Shown one piece after another: positions 9,776-19,261 of a stretch of 64,000 bases of DNA. The position numbers were made by a program, and so were the translations under genes. The notes beneath the pieces are model-generated. The model did no database searches, had not been told where the DNA came from, and saw nothing but the letters and a program-made list of their open reading frames with translations. This DNA comes from an uncultured Thermoleophilia bacterium. Lineage in GTDB: Bacteria > Actinomycetota > Thermoleophilia > UBA2241. The stretch covers positions 608,001 through 672,000 of the forward strand of contig CAVPCT010000003.1 of assembly GCA_963702475.1 (NCBI GenBank), in the 5' to 3' direction. The number at the start of each line of letters is the position of its first letter. Positions within the stretch are counted from its first letter, which is position 1.

Positions 9776-10708
9776 ATGATCAAGCTGTTCTTCGTCACCG
9801 ACATCCACGGCTCCAACGTCTGTTACCGGAAGTTCCTCAACGCTCTTCCGATCTACGGCGTGGACGTGGCCGTGCTGCTCGGTGACCTCACGGGCAAGGT
9901 CCTGGTGCCGCTCGTCGACAAGGGCAACGACTCGTGGGAGTGCACCCTCATGGGGCAGCACCGCGACATCGCCACCAAGGACGAGCTCGCCGACATCAAG
10001 AAGACCATCGAGAACGCCGGCTACTACTGGGTCCATCAGTCGCGTGAGGAGTTCGACGACACGCGCAGTGACCCGGCGAAGATCGACGCGCTCTTCAAGG
10101 AACTCGTCTTCAAGCGCGTGCAGGAGTGGCTCGACCTCGCCGACGAGCGTCTCGAGGGCAAGCCCTTCCAGATGTACATGGCCCCGGGCAACGACGACTG
10201 GTTCGTCATCGACGACATGATCGACAACGCCAAGCTCGTGCACCCGTGCGACGCGCGCGTCGTCGAGATCGACAACCACGAGATGATCACGTCGTCGGAC
10301 TCCAACCCCACGCCGTGGCAGACGCCGCGTGAGCTGAGCGAGGAGGATCTCGAGAGCAAGCTCCGCGAGCTCTGCGGCAAGGTCAAGAACCAGGAGACGG
10401 CGATCTACAACTTCCACGTGCCGCCGTACGGGTACTCTCTCGACCTGTGCCCCAAGCTCGATGAGAACCTCACCATGGCCGCCGACGAGAAGATCCACGC
10501 CGGCAGCATCGGCGCGAAGAAGGTCATCGAGGAGTACCAGCCGCTGCTCGGCCTGCACGGCCACATCCACGAGTCGCGCGGCGCCCAGAAGGCCGGCCGC
10601 ACCCTGCTCATCAACCCGGGCAGCGAGTACTCGGAGGGCATCCTCAAGGGCGTCATCATCATGCTCGACAAGAAGAAGGTGAAGGACTACGTGTTCACCT
10701 CCGGGTGA
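9776..10708 (+). CDS. Calcineurin-like metallophosphoesterase
   Basis: TDIHG, GDLTG, PGNDD, FHVPP, GHIHE motifs. Confidence 0.88.
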   Translation: MIKLFFVTDIHGSNVCYRKFLNALPIYGVDVAVLLGDLTGKVLVPLVDKGNDSWECTLMGQHRDIATKDELADIKKTIENAGYYWVHQSREEFDDTRSDPAKIDALFKELVFKRVQEWLDLADERLEGKPFQMYMAPGNDDWFVIDDMIDNAKLVHPCDARVVEIDNHEMITSSDSNPTPWQTPRELSEEDLESKLRELCGKVKNQETAIYNFHVPPYGYSLDLCPKLDENLTMAADEKIHAGSIGAKKVIEEYQPLLGLHGHIHESRGAQKAGRTLLINPGSEYSEGILKGVIIMLDKKKVKDYVFTSG

Positions 10709-10788
10709 GCCGCGCGTAGACTCAGCCACGCACCGACGACGCCGATACACGACGACGCCGAGAACCCGGAAGGGGGCGATACATAGCG

Positions 10789-11595
10789 ATGGGTCAGTTC
10801 ATTCTGCCGAAAGACATCCCGCTCGACAGGTATCCCAAGCCCGAGGTGTTCCTCGAGGAGGGCAAGAAGATCACCGCCGCTGCCCAGGCTCAGGGCGTCG
10901 TCATGCGCGTCATGGGTCCGCTGGCGCTGCACTACTACTTCCCGGACCAGATCGACCTCTACGCCAAGCTCGAGCGCCTCGGTGAGCGCTACTTCACCGA
11001 CATCGACTTCGCCTCGTACGGCAAGACCCGCAAGCAGATGGTCAAGCTCATGGAGGCCTGCGGCTACGAGTGCGACCTGCAGACCATGGCCATGACCGGC
11101 CAGACCCGCCAGATCTACTTCGGCGGGGCGGTCCCCATGATCGACGTGTTCTTCGACAAGCTCGACTACTGCCACGAAGTGAGCTACATCGGCCGGCTCG
11201 AGGCCGATCCCTGGAGCGTCTCGCTCGCCGACATCCTGCTGCAGAAGCTGCAGATCTGGGAGATCAACCACAAGGACCTCTGCGACATCGAGTATCTCTT
11301 CACGGTGGCCGCCTTCGGCGAGGACGACGACAAGAAGGTCAACGTCGCGTACATCGCCAAGCGCTTCGCCGACGACTGGGGCTTCTGGTACACAGGCACC
11401 ACCAACCTCGACCGCGTCAAGGAACACGTCGACGGCGTGGCTGCGCTGAGCGACGAGCAGAAGGCCCACATCAAGCAGGTGGCCGACCAGGTGCGGGCGC
11501 GCATCGACGCCGAGCCCAAGACCAAGGTCTGGGAGAAGCGCGCCAAGAAGGGCACCAAGAAGCTCTGGTACAACACCGGGTTCTCGGACTGGTGA
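10789..11595 (+). CDS. Hypothetical protein with nucleotidyltransferase-like motifs
   Basis: MGPLA...FTDIDF...IDVF pattern resembles the Pol-beta/NTase fold. Confidence 0.6.
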   Translation: MGQFILPKDIPLDRYPKPEVFLEEGKKITAAAQAQGVVMRVMGPLALHYYFPDQIDLYAKLERLGERYFTDIDFASYGKTRKQMVKLMEACGYECDLQTMAMTGQTRQIYFGGAVPMIDVFFDKLDYCHEVSYIGRLEADPWSVSLADILLQKLQIWEINHKDLCDIEYLFTVAAFGEDDDKKVNVAYIAKRFADDWGFWYTGTTNLDRVKEHVDGVAALSDEQKAHIKQVADQVRARIDAEPKTKVWEKRAKKGTKKLWYNTGFSDW

Positions 11596-11642
11596 GACGG
11601 ACGGGCGGCGCGGCGCAGCCTGCCGCCGCCTGAGTGTGTCCC

Positions 11643-11678
11643 GGAGGGCCGGGGCGCCACCGGGCGCCCCGGCCCTCC
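11643..11678 (+). terminator. GC-rich stem-loop after the permease operon
   Basis: GGAGGGCCGGGGCGCC-ACCG-GGCGCCCCGGCCCTCC; no U-tract. Confidence 0.5.
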
Positions 11679-11815
11679 GCGCGTACGGGCCGCCCGGGGT
11701 CGTGCCCTCGGGGATCCCGGCGGCCGCGGCGCCGGCGAGGCGCCTTGAGGTCGCGTGCACCCCCGCGTAGGCTCGCGGAGCACTTGATGAGCCCCGACCG
11801 CACTGGAGGCACGCC

Positions 11816-13927
11816 GTGCCACAGCCGCATGCGCAGCCACGCGACCCAGGCTCCCTCTTCGACCCCCGCTCGGTAGCGGTGATCGGGGCCTCCGCCGACG
11901 CCTCCAAGTGGGGCGGCGACCTGGCCTTGCGGCTGTCCCGCTCGGCGGGGGACCGCGATCTGTACTTCGTCAACCGCCGCGGTGGCGAGCTCTACGGGCG
12001 CCCGGTCTATGCGTCCGTGAGCGACATTCCGGAGGCGCCCGAGTTGGTGGTCGTCGCGACGCCGGCCGCCACCTTCGACGATGTGCTGGACGAGGCTCTC
12101 GCCCTGGGCAGCCGGGCCTTCGTCGGGATCTTCGCCGGCCTCGGCGAGGCCGGCGAAGAGGGGCGGCGCCGTGAGCGGGACGCGGTCCGTCGCCTGCGGG
12201 CCGCCGGCGCCGTCCTGCTCGGGCCCAACTGCATGGGCCTGGCCGACACCGCCGCCGGCTTCCACTGCGTCGCCTACCTCGACGTCCCGGCCGGCGACGT
12301 GGGCCTGGTGTCGCAGAGCGGGGCTATGGGTGAGGAGTTCGTGGCCCGTGCGCTGGCCTGGGGCTGCGGGTTCTCGCGCTACGTGACCCTCGGCAACCAG
12401 GCCGACCTGACGGCGGCCGACGTGCTCGCCGCTTTCGCCGACCACGAACCGACCCGGGTCGTCGCCCTGTACGTGGAGGACTTCGTGGACGGCCGCGAGT
12501 TGGGCGCCGCCGCGGCGGCCGTCACCGCCTCCGGGCGGCAGGTCGTGCTGCTGGCGCCGGGCCGCAGCGAGGCCGGGGCTCGTGCGGCGCGCTCTCACAC
12601 GGGAGCTCTCGTCTCGAGCTCCGCGGCAGTGGACGCGCTGTGCCGCGCCAGCGGCGTGGTGCGGGCCGCCACGCCGCGCGAGCTGTTCGAGCTGGCCGTG
12701 GCGCTGCGCGGCCGCCCTCTGCGCGCGCGCCGCGTGGCCGTGATCAGCGACGGCGGCGGCCCGGGAGGCATCGCCGCCGACGCTCTCCACGAGGCAGGCT
12801 TCGAGGTGCCCGCGCTGAGCGCCGCCGCGGTGCGCGACATGTGCGACGCAGTGCCCGGGTGCGCCGGCGTCAACCCCGTCGACTTCGCCCTTGCGACCAT
12901 CGAGCCCGACAACTTCGCCCGCGCCGTGCCCGTCCTGTCCGAGGCCGGCGAGGTGGACGCCGTGCTGGCCGTCGGGCAGATGGGGTACTGGTCGGCGCGG
13001 TTTCCGGAGTTCCCGCAGCACACGCAGGCGGAGGTCGAGGCGGCGGAGACGCTTGCCGCCGTCGCCGCGGAGCGCGGCATGCCCGTGGTGGCGTGCACCG
13101 TCTACCCGGGGGCGGCTCCTGCGGCGCGGCTCCGCGCCGGAGGTGTGCCTGTATACCGCGAGATCGACTCCGGGGTCGCGGCTCTGGGTGCGCTGGCGGC
13201 GGTGACCGAGCGGCCTGCCACCGGGGTGCCCCCCCTGCCGCCGGCCGCGGCGCCCCTGCCCGCCGGTCCGGACTACCTGGCCGTCCGGGACGCGCTCACC
13301 GCCGCCGGTCTGCGGTTCCCCGCGGCGCGGGCGGCCGCGGACGCCGGGCAGGCCGCCGCGGCCGCCGCGGAGCTGGGGTTCCCCGTGGTCCTCAAGGCCC
13401 TCGGCCTGCTGCACAAGTCCGAGGCCGGTGGTGTGGTGCTCGGCTTGGTGGATGAGGCCGCCGTGGCGGCCGCGGCTCGTGACCTGCTGGAGCGCCTGCG
13501 ACCGCCGGGCCTCGTCGTCGAGGTGCAGGCCCCCACAGACGCCGGGGTCGAGCTCATCGTGGGGTGCCGCCGCGACGTGCGCTGCGGCCCGCTGCTCATG
13601 GTCGGCATGGGAGGGGTGTTCGCGGAGCTCATCCGCGACGTGAGGACGGCGCTGGCCCCGGTCTCTGAGGCCGAAGCCGGCCGCCTGCTCGAGGAACTGC
13701 AGGGGGCGGCGTTGTTGCGCGGCTCCCGCGGGCGGCCGCGGCTCGATGTGGCGGCCGCCGCCGCGGCCGCCGCGGCCCTCTCGCGTTTCGCCGCCGCCCA
13801 CCCGGAGGTGGCCGAGGTGGAGGTGAACCCGCTGCTCGTGCTGCCGCGCGGTGCACTCGCGCTGGACGCGCGCTGCCTTGTCGGCACGAGTGGCGTCGGC
13901 GGGACGACTCAGGGAGGTATCTCATGA
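11816..13927 (+). CDS. Acyl-CoA synthetase (NDP-forming), fused alpha/beta (acetate-CoA ligase family)
   Basis: PRSVAVIGAS, GPNCMG, SQSG, ARSHTGAL (phospho-His), HKSE.GGV, EVNPL. Confidence 0.9.
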   Translation: MPQPHAQPRDPGSLFDPRSVAVIGASADASKWGGDLALRLSRSAGDRDLYFVNRRGGELYGRPVYASVSDIPEAPELVVVATPAATFDDVLDEALALGSRAFVGIFAGLGEAGEEGRRRERDAVRRLRAAGAVLLGPNCMGLADTAAGFHCVAYLDVPAGDVGLVSQSGAMGEEFVARALAWGCGFSRYVTLGNQADLTAADVLAAFADHEPTRVVALYVEDFVDGRELGAAAAAVTASGRQVVLLAPGRSEAGARAARSHTGALVSSSAAVDALCRASGVVRAATPRELFELAVALRGRPLRARRVAVISDGGGPGGIAADALHEAGFEVPALSAAAVRDMCDAVPGCAGVNPVDFALATIEPDNFARAVPVLSEAGEVDAVLAVGQMGYWSARFPEFPQHTQAEVEAAETLAAVAAERGMPVVACTVYPGAAPAARLRAGGVPVYREIDSGVAALGALAAVTERPATGVPPLPPAAAPLPAGPDYLAVRDALTAAGLRFPAARAAADAGQAAAAAAELGFPVVLKALGLLHKSEAGGVVLGLVDEAAVAAAARDLLERLRPPGLVVEVQAPTDAGVELIVGCRRDVRCGPLLMVGMGGVFAELIRDVRTALAPVSEAEAGRLLEELQGAALLRGSRGRPRLDVAAAAAAAAALSRFAAAHPEVAEVEVNPLLVLPRGALALDARCLVGTSGVGGTTQGGIS

Positions 13928-14712
13928 CGGCAGACGACGCACCCGCGACCATCCGCGGCAAGAGGGTGGTGGTCACTGCGGCCGCCACCGGCATCGGCGC
14001 CACCGTGGCGGCGCGCTTCGCCGCGGCGGGCGCCGCGGTGCACATCTGCGACCGCGAGCCCCGCGCGCTGGAGGCGTACCTCCACGCCCACCCGGGGATC
14101 CGCGGGACGGAGGCCGACGTGGCCGTGCCGGGCGACGTGGAGCGTCTGTTCGCCGAGGCGCGGGAGCGGCTCGGTGGACTCGACGCGCTCGTCAGCAACG
14201 CCGGCGTCGCCGGCCCGGCGGCGCCCGTCGACGAGATGGATCTCGAAGGCTGGCGCCGGACGCTCGACGTGAATCTCACCGGCGCCTTCCTCTGCGTGCG
14301 CGCCGCCGTGCCGCTGCTCAAGGAGGCCGGGGGCGGGTCGCTTGTGGTCATGTCCTCGAATGCAGGGACCATGGGGCTGCCGTACCGGTCCCCGTACGTG
14401 GCCACCAAGTGGGCGCTCATCGGCCTGGTCAAGACGCTGGCCATGGAGCTGGGACCGTTCCGCATCCGCGCCAACGCCATCTGCCCCGGCGATGTGGAGG
14501 GAGACCGCATCCGCCGCGTCATCGCCCTCGAGGCGGAGAACCGCGGCCTGAGCTACGACGAGGTGTACGCCGAGCGCGTGGAGGCCGTGTCGCTGCGCAC
14601 CATGGTCAGCGCCGACGACGTGGCCGCGCTCATCATGTTCGTGGTGTCGGACGCGGGGGCGAGGATCTCCGGCCAGGCGTTGCTCGTGGACGGGAACGCC
14701 GAGCGGGCTTGA
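13924..14712 (+). CDS. SDR family oxidoreductase
   Basis: TAAATGIG, SNAG, YVATK, ANAICPG. Confidence 0.92.
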   Translation: MTADDAPATIRGKRVVVTAAATGIGATVAARFAAAGAAVHICDREPRALEAYLHAHPGIRGTEADVAVPGDVERLFAEARERLGGLDALVSNAGVAGPAAPVDEMDLEGWRRTLDVNLTGAFLCVRAAVPLLKEAGGGSLVVMSSNAGTMGLPYRSPYVATKWALIGLVKTLAMELGPFRIRANAICPGDVEGDRIRRVIALEAENRGLSYDEVYAERVEAVSLRTMVSADDVAALIMFVVSDAGARISGQALLVDGNAERA

Positions 14713-14795
14713 GTGGGGCCCGGCCGGGCGCGATGAGGGCGGGGCGGCGGCCCTCAGGCCGCCGCCCCACCCTCCAGCTGACTCCGCTGCGCCGG

Positions 14796-16187
14796 TCAGT
14801 GCGCCGCGAGTGTCCCGTCGTGCAGCTGTGCGTCGACGCGGCTCATCACCAGGTCGAGCCGGCGGACGATCTCGTCCATCTGGTGCTGGGTCAGCGTCGC
14901 CGGCGGCTCGATGCGGAACGTCTTCGCGCTGAACAGCGTGCCCCCGGTGAGCACTCCCTCGCCGAAGAGGCCGGTGGCCACTGCGTAGCCGGCCTCCTCG
15001 CTGCTGTACTCCAGACCGATCAGCAACCCCAGGCCGCGGACCTCGTCGAGCAGGTCGGGGTACTTCTGCTGCAGCTCCTCGAAACGCGCCTTGAGCCAGG
15101 CGCCCTTCTCCGCCGCCTGCCTGGGAATGTCCTCGGTCAGCGTGGCGTGCAGCGCGCCGATCACGGCCGAGGTGGCCACCGGGTTCCCGCCGAACGTGGT
15201 GGTGTGCATGTACGGGTTCTCCATGAGCGGCTCGAAGACCTCGGGCGTGGAGATGAAGCAGCCCACGGGGATCACCGCGCCACCGAGCGCCTTGCCCAGG
15301 GTCATGATGTCGGGCGCCACGCCCCAGTGCTCGATGCCCCACAGGGTACCGGTGCGTCCCATGCCGGTCTGCACCTCGTCGGCGATGAACAGGATGCCCC
15401 ACTCGTCGCAGATCTCGCGGACCTTGGGGAAGAAGTCGTCGGGCGGCACGTGCGCGCCGGCCTCGCCCTGCACGGGCTCGGCGATGAAGGCGGAGATGTC
15501 CAGGCCGATGGTGTCGCAGACCTGGAGCTCCTTGTGCAGCGCGTCGGCGTCGCCGTAGGGGACGAAGCGCACGTTGGGCACGAGCGGGTAGAAGGGCTCG
15601 CGCCAGGCGGCCTTGCCGGTCACGCTGAGGCTGCCGAACGACTTGCCGTGAAAGCCTCGCAGGCAGCTTATGATGCCGTTGGTGTGGTTGGCCTTCTTGC
15701 GCTTGCCGTGGAGCTTGGCCAGCTTGAGGGCGCCCTCGTTGGCCTCGGTGCCGGAATTGCAGAAGAAGCTGTACTGCAGGTCGCCGGGCGTGAGCATGGC
15801 GAGCAGCTCGCTGGCGTAGCCGCGCATGGGGTCCAGCAGCTCTTGCGAGTGCAGGGCCTGGTGGCCGAGCTGGTCGATCACGGCCTTGACCACTGTGGGG
15901 TGGCGGTGCCCCAGCATGTAGATGCCGTAACCGCCGAGGCAGTCGATGAACTCCTTGCCGTGGATGTCGTAGAAGACGTTGCCCTCGTCGCGCCACTCCA
16001 CGGCCGTGTAGTCCGTGGAGCAGGACTTGCGGTACTCCAGGATGCCGGGGTTCACGTACGCCTGGAAGGTGCGCACGCAGTCGTCCACGACCGCCTGCTG
16101 CTCCCCCGCGTCCAGAGTGGGCTTCGCCATGAGCTCCAGCGCCTTCGTCGATTCGCGCAGAGCCTCCTGCCTGAGCCGCTCGTCCAT
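14796..16187 (-). CDS. patA: Putrescine aminotransferase-like class III PLP aminotransferase
   Basis: YVNPG.LEYRK, FIDCLGGYG, QALHSQELLDP, FHGK, DEVQTGMGRTG, LGKALG, RIEPP. Confidence 0.88.
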   Translation of the reverse strand: MDERLRQEALRESTKALELMAKPTLDAGEQQAVVDDCVRTFQAYVNPGILEYRKSCSTDYTAVEWRDEGNVFYDIHGKEFIDCLGGYGIYMLGHRHPTVVKAVIDQLGHQALHSQELLDPMRGYASELLAMLTPGDLQYSFFCNSGTEANEGALKLAKLHGKRKKANHTNGIISCLRGFHGKSFGSLSVTGKAAWREPFYPLVPNVRFVPYGDADALHKELQVCDTIGLDISAFIAEPVQGEAGAHVPPDDFFPKVREICDEWGILFIADEVQTGMGRTGTLWGIEHWGVAPDIMTLGKALGGAVIPVGCFISTPEVFEPLMENPYMHTTTFGGNPVATSAVIGALHATLTEDIPRQAAEKGAWLKARFEELQQKYPDLLDEVRGLGLLIGLEYSSEEAGYAVATGLFGEGVLTGGTLFSAKTFRIEPPATLTQHQMDEIVRRLDLVMSRVDAQLHDGTLAAH

Positions 16188-16280
16188 GACGCCCCCCTGA
16201 TTGTGACTGATTGACCAGCCGAATCTGCCGGTTTGCGGTATAGTTCGTATGTCCGACCGAATACAAGGAGACTCTATCTC

Positions 16281-17000
16281 GTGAAGGAGCAGACTGCAAC
16301 GACGGCAGCCGGCGAGCCAGGGGTGACCCCGCAGGATGGGCCGCCTTCGCGCGGGAAGCCGGGGGCGGCCGTCCGGGCGGCGGCGCCCGACCCCGGGCAG
16401 GCGCCGCCCGGCCCCGGCGGGGCGGTCGAGCTTTCGCCGGTCGCGGCGAAGCTGGTGGCCGCCGCGCGGGCGCTGCTTGCGCGCGGCGGCTTCCGGGCGC
16501 TCACCGTCGAGGCGGTGGCCGCAGAGGCCGGCGCCTACCGTGACGCGGTGCGCTACCACTTCGGCAGCAAGGCGGCGCTCGTGGCCGCGGTCGTCGACTC
16601 GCTGGCGCACGACCAGAGCCTCGCCGCGGTGGAGCAGACGCGCGACGTGCCCGCCGGTCCCGAGCGCGTCCGCGCCCTCGTGGCCGGCGACAGGCGGCTC
16701 CTGGACGACCGCGACGCGTTCCGGGACTTCTTCGCCCTGCTCCCTCACGTGGTGCAGGACGCCGAGCTGCGGGCGCGCGTCGCGGCACTCTACGACTGGT
16801 ACCGCGACCTCTACTCCGCCGGTATGGCCGGAGAGGCCGGAGGCACCACCGGCGACGTGCGGCGGCGCGACGTGGCCTCGCTCATGGTGGCCATGACCGA
16901 CGGGCTGGCGGTGCAGGAACTCCTCGAGCCGGACCCCGGGCGGCTGGACCGCCTCTTGCGCCTCTGGGAGGAGTTCCTGGACCGCGAGACGGGCGTCTGA
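16281..17000 (+). CDS. TetR family regulator, divergent from patA
   Basis: [25 protein letters not shown]; AAGGAG RBS; start uncertain. Confidence 0.88.
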   Translation: MKEQTATTAAGEPGVTPQDGPPSRGKPGAAVRAAAPDPGQAPPGPGGAVELSPVAAKLVAAARALLARGGFRALTVEAVAAEAGAYRDAVRYHFGSKAALVAAVVDSLAHDQSLAAVEQTRDVPAGPERVRALVAGDRRLLDDRDAFRDFFALLPHVVQDAELRARVAALYDWYRDLYSAGMAGEAGGTTGDVRRRDVASLMVAMTDGLAVQELLEPDPGRLDRLLRLWEEFLDRETGV

Positions 17001-17128
17001 GGGTCCTCCCGTACGTTCATTTACAGGTCTTGACCCAAGGTGTACGCTCGCCGCGCGCGTGCGGCGCCGCATGGGGGGCACCGACGGCCTACCGGCCAGC
17101 GCTCAGCTTTGAGGAGGAGGCAGCAGTC

Positions 17129-17329
17129 GTGGCGCAGGGGACCGTGAAGTGGTTCAGCAACGAGAAGGGGTACGGTTTCATCGAACGGGAAGACGGTGAC
17201 GACCTGTTCGTGCACTACTCCGAGATCACCATGGACGGCTACAAGACACTCGTCCAGGGTCAGAGCGTCGAGTTCGAGATCACCGAGGGCGACAAAGGGT
17301 TGCAGGCCTCCACGGTCCGCCCCATCTGA
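17129..17329 (+). CDS. Cold-shock protein
   Basis: [20 protein letters not shown]; promoter TTTACA-17-TACGCT at 17020-17048. Confidence 0.95.
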   Translation: MAQGTVKWFSNEKGYGFIEREDGDDLFVHYSEITMDGYKTLVQGQSVEFEITEGDKGLQASTVRPI

Positions 17330-17344
17330 CGACTGACGAACGCG

Positions 17345-17383
17345 AGGGCCCGCCGGCTGCAGGCAGCCGGCGGGCCCTTTCTT
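17345..17383 (+). terminator. Rho-independent terminator
   Basis: 16-bp stem AGGGCCCGCCGGCTGC/GCAGCCGGCGGGCCCT followed by TTCTT. Confidence 0.85.
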
Positions 17384-17450
17384 GTCCCCTCCCGAGGGAT
17401 GCAGTACTCTAGCCGTCCCGCTTTTCGCGGACCCTCGCAGGAGGCCCACC

Positions 17451-17732
17451 ATGATCGGTGAAGACGACGTCCGCTACGTCGCGAAGCTCGCCCGTCTGCG
17501 TCTCGAACAGGACGAAGTGGCGCGCATGGCCGGGGAACTGGCCAAGATCCTCTCCCACATCGACCAGATGAGCGAGCTCGACATCGCCGCCGTGCCGCCC
17601 ACCGCGCACGTGCTCGACGTGGTCAACGTGGCGCGCGCCGACAGGCCTCGGCCGGGCCTGGAGCGCGCCGACGCGCTGCGCAACGCTCCGGCCGTGAGCG
17701 ACGACTGCTTCCGCGTGCCGAGGATGGGGTGA
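17451..17732 (+). CDS. gatC: Asp/Glu-tRNA amidotransferase subunit C
   Basis: DVRYVAKLARL...NAP...FRVPR; operon with gatA and gatB. Confidence 0.93.
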   Translation: MIGEDDVRYVAKLARLRLEQDEVARMAGELAKILSHIDQMSELDIAAVPPTAHVLDVVNVARADRPRPGLERADALRNAPAVSDDCFRVPRMG

Positions 17733-19261
17733 GCGGTGTGGACGCGCTGCGGCTGAGGGCCCGGGAGGCCAAGCGGCTGCTGGTCGACGGCGAGATCTCG
17801 GCCGCGGAGCTCGCCAAGGTCTACCTCGACCAGATCGACGGTGTCGAGGGCAAGGTGAAGGCGTACATCCGCCTCACCCCGGACAATACGGCGAAGTACT
17901 CCACCAAGGTCGACCGTGAGATGCAGGCGATGCGCGGCCCGCTCGCGGGGCTGCCGATCGCCATCAAGGACAACATGGTCACCGAGGGAGTCACCACCAC
18001 CTGCGCCTCGAAGATCCTGCACAACTACATGCCGGTGTACACCGCCACGGCGGTGCGCCAGGTGTGGGACGACCACGTGGTGATGCTGGGCAAGACCAAC
18101 ATGGACGAGTTCGCCATGGGCTCGTCCACGGAGAACTCGTCCTATCACCCCACGCACAACCCGTGGGACCTGAGCACCGTGCCCGGTGGGTCCAGCGGCG
18201 GCTCCGCCGCCGCCGTCGCCGCCGGGGAGGCCCTCTGGGCCCTGGGCAGCGACACGGGCGGCTCCATCCGCCAGCCGGCCGCGCTGTGCGGCATCGTCGG
18301 CATGAAGCCCACCTACGGCGCCGTGAGCCGCTACGGGCTCGTCGCCTTCGCCAGCTCGCTCGACCAGATCGGCCCGCTCACGCGCTCGGTGTACGACTGT
18401 GCGTTGCTGCTGCAGCACATCGTGGGCCACGACCGAAACGACGCCACCAGCGTGGCCCTGCCCGAGCCCATCGCCCTGCCGGCGGCGGAGCGCCTCGACG
18501 ACGTGCGCGTCGGCATCCCGCAGGAGTACCTGGGGGCCGGCATCGAGCCGGGCGTGCGCGCCCGCTTCGACGAGACGGTCGCGCTCGTGGAGCAGCTCGG
18601 CGGCACCTGCGTCGAGGTCAGCCTGCCGCACACCGAGTACGCGCTGCCGGCGTACTACATCATCGCGCCGGCCGAGGCGAGCGCGAACCTCGCGCGCTTC
18701 GACGGGGTCCGCTACGGCTACCGCTGCGCGGACCCCGAGGACCTGCTCGACATGTACGAGCGCACGCGCGGCGAGGGCTTCGGGCCCGAGGTCAAGCGCC
18801 GCATCATGATCGGCACCTACGCGCTCTCGGCGGGCTATTACGACGCGTACTACGGGCGCGCGCAGCGCGTGCGCACGCTCGTGCGCGACGACTTCGAGCG
18901 CGCCTTCGGTGCCGTCGACCTCATCGCCTCGCCCACCTCGCCCACGGTCGCCTTCAAGGCCGGTTCGCGCGTCGACGACCCGCTGGCGATGTACATGAGC
19001 GACATCTGCACGATCCCCACCAACCTGGCCGGCCTGCCCGCCATCAGCATCCCCTGCGGGCTCAGCGAGGGCCTGCCCGTGGGCTTCCAGCTCATCGGCC
19101 CGGCGTTCAGCGAGAACCGCATCCTCGACGCCGCCCACGCCCTGGAGGCGGCCCTCGGCTTCGACGCCGTGCCGACGTTCCGGGACTCCGGCACGACGGG
19201 GCCGGCCGGCTGGTGTCCCGAGGGCGCCATCACCTACCACCCCGAGGACGCGCAGTCATGA
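17729..19261 (+). CDS. gatA: Asp/Glu-tRNA amidotransferase subunit A
   Basis: GKTNMDEFAMGSSTE, PGGSSGGS, SDTGGSIRQP, SANLARFDG. Confidence 0.97.
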   Translation: MSGVDALRLRAREAKRLLVDGEISAAELAKVYLDQIDGVEGKVKAYIRLTPDNTAKYSTKVDREMQAMRGPLAGLPIAIKDNMVTEGVTTTCASKILHNYMPVYTATAVRQVWDDHVVMLGKTNMDEFAMGSSTENSSYHPTHNPWDLSTVPGGSSGGSAAAVAAGEALWALGSDTGGSIRQPAALCGIVGMKPTYGAVSRYGLVAFASSLDQIGPLTRSVYDCALLLQHIVGHDRNDATSVALPEPIALPAAERLDDVRVGIPQEYLGAGIEPGVRARFDETVALVEQLGGTCVEVSLPHTEYALPAYYIIAPAEASANLARFDGVRYGYRCADPEDLLDMYERTRGEGFGPEVKRRIMIGTYALSAGYYDAYYGRAQRVRTLVRDDFERAFGAVDLIASPTSPTVAFKAGSRVDDPLAMYMSDICTIPTNLAGLPAISIPCGLSEGLPVGFQLIGPAFSENRILDAAHALEAALGFDAVPTFRDSGTTGPAGWCPEGAITYHPEDAQS

